Positions 26,420 to 34,400 of a DNA stretch of 35,345 nt are shown one piece after another. Each line of letters begins with the position of its first letter. The stretch's first letter is position 1. Under the pieces are notes generated by a model. That model made no database searches. It was given only the letters and a program-made list of their open reading frames with translations, and was not told the DNA's origin. Position numbers and translations under genes: made by a program. This DNA comes from a virus. Lineage: Duplodnaviria; Caudoviricetes. The stretch lies in the IMG/VR virus record IMGVR_UViG_3300047390_000001, positions 1 to 35,345 of that record; one strand, given 5' to 3'.

Positions 26420-26450
26420 TACGATTTGTCAACTTACAAATAGGTCACGC

Positions 26451-26801
26451 ATGAACATTGATGTTGTTAGGGAAAACCCTGCGTATAAACAAATTGAACT
26501 TGACTACGTTGAGTTTGTCGAGGTAGACGACATCTGGGTCCGCTCATACACGATTCCAAAGTCTAAGACTGTTTTAGCTCAACATGTTCATGCTCATCCT
26601 CATGTGACGTTGATATCGCATGGCGCTGTGGAAGCTTGGCAAGATGGCGAGACTATGGGGCGTTTCGACGCCCCTGCTGTTATTACTATACCTGCGGGCA
26701 AGAAGCACGCATTCATGGCGCTGACAGATGATGTGGTGCTGTGCTGTTTACATAACCTTCGCGGCACGGGTCTAGAGTCGCCGGAAATTAAGGAGTTTTG
26801 A
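26451..26801 (+). CDS. Cupin-domain protein
   Basis: Cupin motif 1 (QHVHAHPHVTLISHGAV) and motif 2 (IPAGKKHAFMAL..D). Confidence 0.82.
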   Translation: MNIDVVRENPAYKQIELDYVEFVEVDDIWVRSYTIPKSKTVLAQHVHAHPHVTLISHGAVEAWQDGETMGRFDAPAVITIPAGKKHAFMALTDDVVLCCLHNLRGTGLESPEIKEF

Positions 26802-26802
26802 T

Positions 26803-28395
26803 ATGCCAATTTTTGCCATCTTTGCCGCTGCTGCTCCTGAGATGCTTGCTATAGAAGCTGCTGCAGTCACAGCCGCTGAAATTGCCGCTGCCGAAGCCGC
26901 TGCCGTTGCCGCTGCCGAAGCTGCCGCTGCCACTGCCGCCCAACAAGCTGCCGCTACTACCGCCGCCGAAGCCGCAGCTACTACTGCCGCTCAACAAGCT
27001 GCCACAACCGCTGCCCAACAAGGCGCTCAAGCTGGTATTATGGAAATTGGTGGCACTGCTGCAAACACACCTCTTACATCAGAAGCAGTTAACGCCGCTG
27101 CCCAACAAGCTAATGCGGGAATTCAGGGACTTCCTCAAGGGTTTGACCAACAACTCCAGAATATACAGAACATGGGCCAAGGACCCTCAGTTCAAGTTGC
27201 CTCGACAAACCCAGCCGCTGGACTTGAGAGCCTTCAAAATCAGCAGCCTGTTTTTCAATCGGGTCAAAACTTACCTTCAGCTGTGACTTCTCCTGTAACT
27301 GATGGTGGTATTACGTCTGCTCCTCAGACAGTAAGCCGTAGCTTAACAGTTCCTCCTCCCCCTGCTCCAAATACACTTCCTATGGGTATTGATATGCCCG
27401 GCACTTATATGCCGCCATCTAATGCTCTATATACACCCCCTCCTACTACATATACAGCTACCCCTCCTTCAGCGCTTGAGTCTGGGTTTGATAAAGCCTT
27501 AAAGTTTGCTGAAAAAAATCCCTTCACTGCAACAACACTTGCATATACAGGCGCTAATATGTTAGGGCTTATGGACCCTTCTGGCGAGACGTTTGGTAAA
27601 GAATCTTATGACGGTCCACTATCTAAATATCGTCTATCCGATAATTTCCAAGCAGGTAGTGCTAGCCCTGAAGACTTTCAATATACGCCTAGGCGCTATG
27701 CTATGGGTGGCATTATGAATACGGCTCCTGTACAAGCCATGTCTGATCAAAACAATTCGTTAGGATATCAGCAGGCTATGACTGCTACAGGTGGGCAAGT
27801 ATCTAACTTTGCTAAAGGTGGTAGCCTTTCTGAGTCTATTGATAGCTATCAAAAGATGTTATCTGGTAAGCCGCAAGCGGCTCCCGCAAGGTCTGCTGAC
27901 GTAGGTATTTATTACGACCAAGATCCTGATACCCGCTATCAAGACGCGCTGACCGCTGCTCAGATTCGTCAAGCCAAAGTTAACCAGCGTGCTTACGTCT
28001 CTCCCCCTGCCGCTAAGCGTCCTACACCGATGGGGCAGTTGCAGATGGCTTCGGTCAAACCTAAAAAACGAGGTGAAGATGTTGAAGCCGCGCAAGGCGG
28101 TATTATGCATTCAAGTTTAGGCGGTTATGCTGCTGGCGGAAACCCACGACTGCTCAAGGGCCCCGGTGACGGTATGTCGGACAACATTCCTGCAACTATT
28201 AACGGACGCCAACCTGCTCGACTTGCAGATGGCGAGTTTGTAATCCCCGCTGATGTGGTGTCACATTTGGGCAATGGTTCTACAGAGGCTGGCGCTAAAC
28301 AACTTCATGCCATGATGAACAAAGTACGCAAGGCGCGTACTGGCAACTCTAAACAAGGCAAGAATATCAGACCTCAAAAATACATGCCTAAATGA
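26803..28395 (+). CDS. Internal virion / ejection protein with an Ala-rich N-terminus and C-terminal GPGDG.SD.IPA...DGEFV domain
   Basis: AAGGAG RBS; low-complexity A/Q/P regions; five xGG motifs; located after the nozzle. Confidence 0.65.
   Translation: MPIFAIFAAAAPEMLAIEAAAVTAAEIAAAEAAAVAAAEAAAATAAQQAAATTAAEAAATTAAQQAATTAAQQGAQAGIMEIGGTAANTPLTSEAVNAAAQQANAGIQGLPQGFDQQLQNIQNMGQGPSVQVASTNPAAGLESLQNQQPVFQSGQNLPSAVTSPVTDGGITSAPQTVSRSLTVPPPPAPNTLPMGIDMPGTYMPPSNALYTPPPTTYTATPPSALESGFDKALKFAEKNPFTATTLAYTGANMLGLMDPSGETFGKESYDGPLSKYRLSDNFQAGSASPEDFQYTPRRYAMGGIMNTAPVQAMSDQNNSLGYQQAMTATGGQVSNFAKGGSLSESIDSYQKMLSGKPQAAPARSADVGIYYDQDPDTRYQDALTAAQIRQAKVNQRAYVSPPAAKRPTPMGQLQMASVKPKKRGEDVEAAQGGIMHSSLGGYAAGGNPRLLKGPGDGMSDNIPATINGRQPARLADGEFVIPADVVSHLGNGSTEAGAKQLHAMMNKVRKARTGNSKQGKNIRPQKYMPK
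26854..27021 (+). repeat. Degenerate GCN-codon tandem repeats (AAAEAAA / TTAAQQAA)
   Basis: gccgctgccgaagcc... and actgccgc(c/t)caacaagctgcc units. Confidence 0.8.
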
Positions 28396-28823
28396 TCGAA
28401 GTATCTATGGTTCCAAAACAGTATGTTGATACATGCTGGCAAGAAGTAGAACCTTACTTAGAGAAGGCGGCGCGTTATACACATGGACGTTATACAGTTG
28501 GCGATATCTATACCTCAATTGTTGACTATGACTATGAGTTGTGGGTCGCGTTTGATAACGGTAGAATTAAAGGTGCTGTAGTTACAAATTTTGCGGTCTA
28601 CCCGCAACGTAAACTGTTGTGCATGGCGTTTTGCGGTGGGGTTGATTTAAAAAATTGGAAAGACTTTATGCTTGCTCTATTAAGGCGTTACGCTAGAGAC
28701 ACGGGGTGTGATGGCATAGAGGCAACAGCTCGGCGCGGTTGGGCTAAAGTTTTTCAAAATGACGGATTTAAAAACAACTGGGTAACATTTGAGTTACCAA
28801 TTGAAGGAGCAAATCATGGGTAA
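28392..28823 (+). CDS. GNAT-fold (acetyltransferase-like) protein of the ejection-protein module
   Basis: LWVAFD..IKGAVVT, YP....L...FCGG..L..W, GCDGIEATARRGWAK. Confidence 0.6.
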   Translation: MIEVSMVPKQYVDTCWQEVEPYLEKAARYTHGRYTVGDIYTSIVDYDYELWVAFDNGRIKGAVVTNFAVYPQRKLLCMAFCGGVDLKNWKDFMLALLRRYARDTGCDGIEATARRGWAKVFQNDGFKNNWVTFELPIEGANHG

Positions 28824-31434
28824 AGGCGGCGGCGGACCAACTCAGACTACATCGACTGTTCAGAACACAAACGTCCCTGAGTACGCAAGGCCGTATGTTG
28901 AGACCATGCTGGGCGCGACCCAGGAACAGTTATTTCAAGGTTCGCGTGGCCCAAGCACAACAGACCCAAGTACAGGCGAAACTGTACAAGGTAATTTTAA
29001 TATTACCGGTTTTAAGCCATATCAAGCGTACGGCGGTACGTACGATTCTCAAGGCAAACAAACATCTTACGACCCCGGAAAAGCTATTTCTGGTTTTCAA
29101 CCCATGCAAGAGGCTGCTCAGCGCGGTATTGCAGGTATGCAAGTGCCAGGTCAATTTAGACAGGGAATGGATATTACCGGCGCGGGTGTTCGTGGCGCGT
29201 TTGGTACTGCTGGACAAGCTGCTATGGCCGGTCAACAATATGCCCAGCAGGCTACTAATCCTTATGCTACTCAAGCATACATGTCACCATACATGCAGAA
29301 TGTAGTGGACGTCCAGAACCGCGAAGCGATGCGCAATGCTCAAATTGCAGGTACGCAGCAGCAAGGAGAAGTAACAAGAGCTGGAGCATTTGGTGGTAGC
29401 CGCGATGCAATTATGCGCGCTGAACGTGAGCGTAATCTTTCTACGTTGATGAATCAGAACCAAGCGCAAGGTCTACAGAGCGCGTATCAACAAGCTCAGC
29501 AAGCTCAACAGTTTGGAGCTAACCTTGGACTCCAAGGTCTTCAAGGCGCACAGCAAGGTTATAACGCTGCGATGCAAGGCGGACAACAATTAGCGGGTCT
29601 TGGACAACAGCAGCTTGCGACGCAGCAAGGTATCTACAACCTGCAGAATCAGTTTGGTGCTCAGCAGCAAGCGCTGGAACAGCAGAAGATCAATCAGGCT
29701 ATGCAGGACTATGCCAATGCACAGCAGTACCCGCTTATGCAGTTGGGCACAATGTCCAACATGCTTCGTGGGCTGCCAATGCAGGCGTCTTCAACCCAAC
29801 AGTATCAAGCTGCGCCTAACCAACTGTCTCAAGCAATTGGCACAATTGGTTCCGGTGCATCTATATATAACGCGTTTAATCCTTCTGGCCGACCACCCGG
29901 TCAAGCTGCTGGCGGTGAAGTTAAAGGCTACGCCAAAGGCGGCATCATGTCTTACGACATGGGTGGTGAAGTTGAGGCTCAACTTGAGAACATGGACGAA
30001 AAAGGGTTAGAGGCTCAAGCTAAAGAATCTTCTAGCCCATCTATCCGTAGGATGGCGGAACGTATCCTACGTGAACGTAAGATGTCTGAGCAGGGCGCAA
30101 GGGCAAGTGCTATGGGTGTTCAGTACCAAGCTCCTCAACCTCAGATGCCCGGTATGCGTAGTGGCGGCATCATTGCGTTTCAGACAGGCAATGAAGTTAA
30201 AGAAGAAGAATATCGATCCGATCCGTTTGGAGCAATGACGCAAGAGGAAAGAGATGCCCGTAAAAACATTGACGGACTCACTCTTGCAGAAGAAAGGGCT
30301 AAACAACAAAGACCTTATAGCGGCCCTTCTTCTGAAGCAGGCGAAGGCGATGCTGTAGGCATTATGAGTGCTACGCCTCCGCCAGCGGCGGCTCCTGTCT
30401 CTAAAGCTAACGCTGCTATGCAGCGAGCAGGTAATATTCCTGACTTTATGAAAGCTGAGTACGCGGATACAGAAAAACGTATGAATGCTCCTCTGTCTAC
30501 CTTTATGGCGGAGCGTAAAGCTGCGATGCAAGAAGCTGGCGTAGCAGATGTGTCTGAAGGTCAACGTAAACAGCGTGAAGAACTAATGGCTGAAAAAGCT
30601 AATATGGCTGACGAAAAAGAACGTCAAAAACATTTGCGCTTGGCTGAGTTCTTTGCGTCATGGGGATCAACCCCTGGCCCAACACTTGTTGCTGGTATGA
30701 ACGCACTCAAGCAATCTGTGCCCGGCATTATTTCTGATGAGAAAGAACAGAAGAAAGCGCGCCGTGAAATTGACAAGTCTATTGCTGATTTAGATAACGC
30801 TACACGCCTTGAAAAGCGTGGCGAAGTTGACGCAGCTATGGCGCTTAAACTTAAAGCTGCTGAAGACATGAAGGCTTTAAACATTAAGTTCATTGACTAT
30901 CAATCACGTCGTGAGAGCGATGCGTCTTCTTCTGCGGCATCTAAGTACAGCGCTGATATGCAGTTTCGTAGTGAGCAGCTTCGCTCACAGACTTTAGCGC
31001 TAGATCGCGCTGCTCGCCGTGATACTGATAAAGACACTAAGATTTTTGGTCAGTGGCAAGCTGCTTCTAAAACGGAAGCCGACGTACTTGGAAGAATTCA
31101 ACGCGAAGAGAATGACAAGCAGCACATGGCTGATTTGAGCGCTGTTAAGCTTGGCAAACAAACAGGTATGGATGAAGACAATAAGTTTGATGAAACCAAA
31201 GTTCCTCCAGCTGTTCTTTCTGCTATGAAAGAAGCACAGGCACGTATTGAAACACGCGAAAAGAATTGGAAGCAGCGTATTAAGACAGCCGCTGAAAATA
31301 CTGATATTGCGTATAACAGGATTGCAATTAGACCAGAAGTTGCCGCTAGAGACTATACTAGGCCTACTGGTGAGCCGCAGGCAGGAGCATCTACACGTCC
31401 AGCACTTACCGATCCAAGCCTACAAAGACAATAA
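28816..31434 (+). CDS. Internal virion / DNA ejection protein
   Basis: AAGGAG RBS favours ATG 28816 (MGKGGGGPTQTTS..PEYARPY). Q/G/A-rich, YMSPYMQNVVD, AGAFGGSR, four xGG motifs, coiled-coil C-terminal half. Confidence 0.72.
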   Translation: MGKGGGGPTQTTSTVQNTNVPEYARPYVETMLGATQEQLFQGSRGPSTTDPSTGETVQGNFNITGFKPYQAYGGTYDSQGKQTSYDPGKAISGFQPMQEAAQRGIAGMQVPGQFRQGMDITGAGVRGAFGTAGQAAMAGQQYAQQATNPYATQAYMSPYMQNVVDVQNREAMRNAQIAGTQQQGEVTRAGAFGGSRDAIMRAERERNLSTLMNQNQAQGLQSAYQQAQQAQQFGANLGLQGLQGAQQGYNAAMQGGQQLAGLGQQQLATQQGIYNLQNQFGAQQQALEQQKINQAMQDYANAQQYPLMQLGTMSNMLRGLPMQASSTQQYQAAPNQLSQAIGTIGSGASIYNAFNPSGRPPGQAAGGEVKGYAKGGIMSYDMGGEVEAQLENMDEKGLEAQAKESSSPSIRRMAERILRERKMSEQGARASAMGVQYQAPQPQMPGMRSGGIIAFQTGNEVKEEEYRSDPFGAMTQEERDARKNIDGLTLAEERAKQQRPYSGPSSEAGEGDAVGIMSATPPPAAAPVSKANAAMQRAGNIPDFMKAEYADTEKRMNAPLSTFMAERKAAMQEAGVADVSEGQRKQREELMAEKANMADEKERQKHLRLAEFFASWGSTPGPTLVAGMNALKQSVPGIISDEKEQKKARREIDKSIADLDNATRLEKRGEVDAAMALKLKAAEDMKALNIKFIDYQSRRESDASSSAASKYSADMQFRSEQLRSQTLALDRAARRDTDKDTKIFGQWQAASKTEADVLGRIQREENDKQHMADLSAVKLGKQTGMDEDNKFDETKVPPAVLSAMKEAQARIETREKNWKQRIKTAAENTDIAYNRIAIRPEVAARDYTRPTGEPQAGASTRPALTDPSLQRQ

Positions 31435-31443
31435 GGGGTAGTC

Positions 31444-34400
31444 ATGGCGCTAGACATTGAGAAAGCACGGCAAGCGGGCTACTCTGACGCTGAGATTGTT
31501 GACTTTTTAGGGAAAGATTCGACCTTAGATATCAACAAAGCTAGGCAGGTTGGGTACAAAGATTCTGAATTGCTTCAGCATTTGAGTAGTCCTCCAGCTC
31601 CTGTTCAAGAAGCCCCTAAAGCTGCGGCCCCTGCCCCTGCTCCCGCTCCCACTCCTAAAAGTGATAAGGAGATGGTTCCGCTCTTGCGTCAAGCCGCTGA
31701 CGTTCCGCTCAAAGTTGGCTCTGGTGTAGTAACTGGTGTCCGCATGGTCGCTGACGCCTTTGGCGCAGACAATGATGTAGGTAAAAACCTGCGTGGCGTA
31801 GAAGACTATATTGCTAGCCTGTATAGCGCACAGTCTAAGAAGGACAGCAAAGAAATCGCCCGCATCATGAAAGATGCAGAAGATAAGGGCGTTCTTGATC
31901 AAGTCGTAGCTGGAGCCAAAGCGTTCTCCGTTGCCCCTGTAGATATGCTTGCCAATGCGCTTGGTACTAGCGCTCCCGCTATTGCTGCAGGTTTGGCGGC
32001 TACTCTTGCTAGCGCTCCTGCTTTAGTTGGTTTAGGTGTTAGCGCTTTGACGGGCGCAGTAATGGGAGCAGGTACTGTTAAAGGCGCTATTTATGAAGCT
32101 ACTAAACAAGCGCTCAAAGAAAATACTGACATGTCTCCCAAGGAGATTGAAGCTCGCGCAGTTCTTGCGCAAGAGTATGGCGGTAAAAACTTAGATCAAA
32201 TTTTAATGGGTTCTGCTCTGGGCACTGTTGGTGCTTCAACAGGCGTTGAGCCAGCCCTTGCTCGTCAGCTTGCTAAAGGTATTGCTACTAAAGAAGCTAC
32301 CAAAGCAGCTATCAAACAGAACGCAGCAAAAGAAACTGCCCTTGCTGCTGAGCGTGGCGTAGTGAAGCAAGGCGCTATCACCGCTGGTAAAGAGCTTGCC
32401 ACTGAATTCCCTCAAGGCGCTCAAGAACAGTTGGCGCAGAATATTGCACTGCAGCGCGAAGGACTTGATGTTCCTACGATGCGTGGTGTGGTTGGTCAAG
32501 GTACGTTGGAGGGTCTTGCTGGTCTTGGTATGGGCGCAGCAACAGGCGGACGCGAAGCGGCTAAAGCTAGACGTGAGTTGGCTGAAGATGCTACTAGAGG
32601 TGGCAACATATCTGGTCAATTCACTACCGACAAAGAAGAAGTCCAGCGCGCTGGCGTAGGCTTCAGTAAAGAGAGCGCTGATTTACTCATGCCAGCTTCC
32701 GATGCGGCGGGTAAGCCTTTGGTTGCCGACGTTGCGGCTCCTGAGGTTACTGAGACTACTCCCGCCGCTGCCGCAACTAAAACTAAAAAAACTAAAACCG
32801 AAGTAATTCCATTTGATCAAGCTACGCCTGAATCTATTCAAGCAGCGAATGATTTAATTACTACGGCTGACTCAGGTGGCAAATTAAAAAATCCTGATAT
32901 TAGAAAAGTTGCTAAAGCTGTTGGCCTCAAACTTCCATTTACATACTCAAATGCTCAAGGCGTTGAACTCATTAAAAACCACCTTGCACAACAAGGAGCA
33001 CCAAATGTTGCAGGAATTGACACATCAGCAGGTGGAGCAGGCACTGGAGTGGCTGCACTCACCGATACAGGGCAGGCCGCCGCAGACGCTACTGGATCTC
33101 AATCCCGTGGAGTGGTATCTACTGGAGCAAATGTTGGGACAGATTTGGATAGAACAAAGCAGCAGCCCTCTGCATTAAGCTCAATAGCGCAGATGCAAAT
33201 TAAAAAAAGGCTTGAAGAAGGGGAAACTCCATACGAAATTATTAGTTTGTATGACTCTCCAAATTTAAAAAATGAAGTTGGCGAGTATATTAAATCTTTG
33301 ACTCAAAAAACTTCAAATAAGTTTCCTACATTAGTTCGTGGGTCTGTTACGCCTGGCGCAGTGCGCGCCCTAACAAATGAGCAGCTTAATACTGAACTCA
33401 ATAATATTAATCTTAGCGATGCTGAATACAGACTCGTAAAAACAGAATTAGATCAACGTCAACAAGGAACCACAAGTGGCACTACGACCTCTCAAGCCAA
33501 GCAAGCAGAAACGCAAAAACAAACGAAACCAGCAGCCGGAACAGTAAGTCTTGGTGATTTATCGCCTGATCTTCAAGATGATGTATTGACTCGTCAAAAT
33601 AATATCTACGAATTAGAAGCTGATGGTGCGCCTCAAGCCAAGATTGCAGCTGCCTATAAAGGGCTTAATCTTTTAGAAGAAAGCCTTGGACTAGAGCTAA
33701 CCAAACCTTCTACTCTTAGCGCTAAGAGAGATACTAGATTTATTGATGCCGTAAAAAGAATTAGGGCTGAAGGCAAAGAAGTTGGCGCGGTTGAACAAAA
33801 TCTCACCCCTGCATATGAAGGTCAAGATTTAAAAAAGGCTATTGAGCTTGGCAAAAAGTACGAGAGTCAAGCTGAAGCAGAACGCGACCGTGCATATAAA
33901 GAATCTCTTGGCAAAAGTGAAGCTGTATACCGCGCTGAGCAGGAACGAAAACTGACAAAAGATGAGGAAGCTCTTGGATTAGAGCCTACAAAGTCTGGTT
34001 CTATCTCTCAAGAGAACCGAGACAACTACGATAGGGCGCGGGAAGAGTTTCCTGGGTTACCAGAATGGTACAAACTAGACTCAGTAGACAAAGACGTTTA
34101 CTTTGAGAATATCCGTTATGGCAATATGCAAGAGCACCGCGAAGCTGCGCGGGCACTGATTGCGTATTTAAAAGAGACAGGTGGCCGTGATAAAGGTTAT
34201 GGGCAAGGCACTACAACCGCTGATGAACGAAGAGCTATTAAAAACTACGAAGACAATCGTGGCGCTGCCTCTAAATTATTTAACGTTCAGTTCCCACGTT
34301 GGGGTGATCTATCACAAGACGCAAAAGACATATTCTTTGCTGAGTTAGGTAAGGGTACAGGACGCACAATGAATCTTGCTGGCGCACAGCAAGACGTGGC

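Noticed and set aside
26854-27021. Possible CRISPR array or VNTR
   Set aside because: Degenerate in-frame Ala-codon repeats without a repeat-spacer structure.
30067-30564. Long minus-strand ORFs (this one, 9695-10162, 13772-14194 and others)
   Set aside because: Antisense shadows of well-supported + strand genes, with no recognisable motifs.
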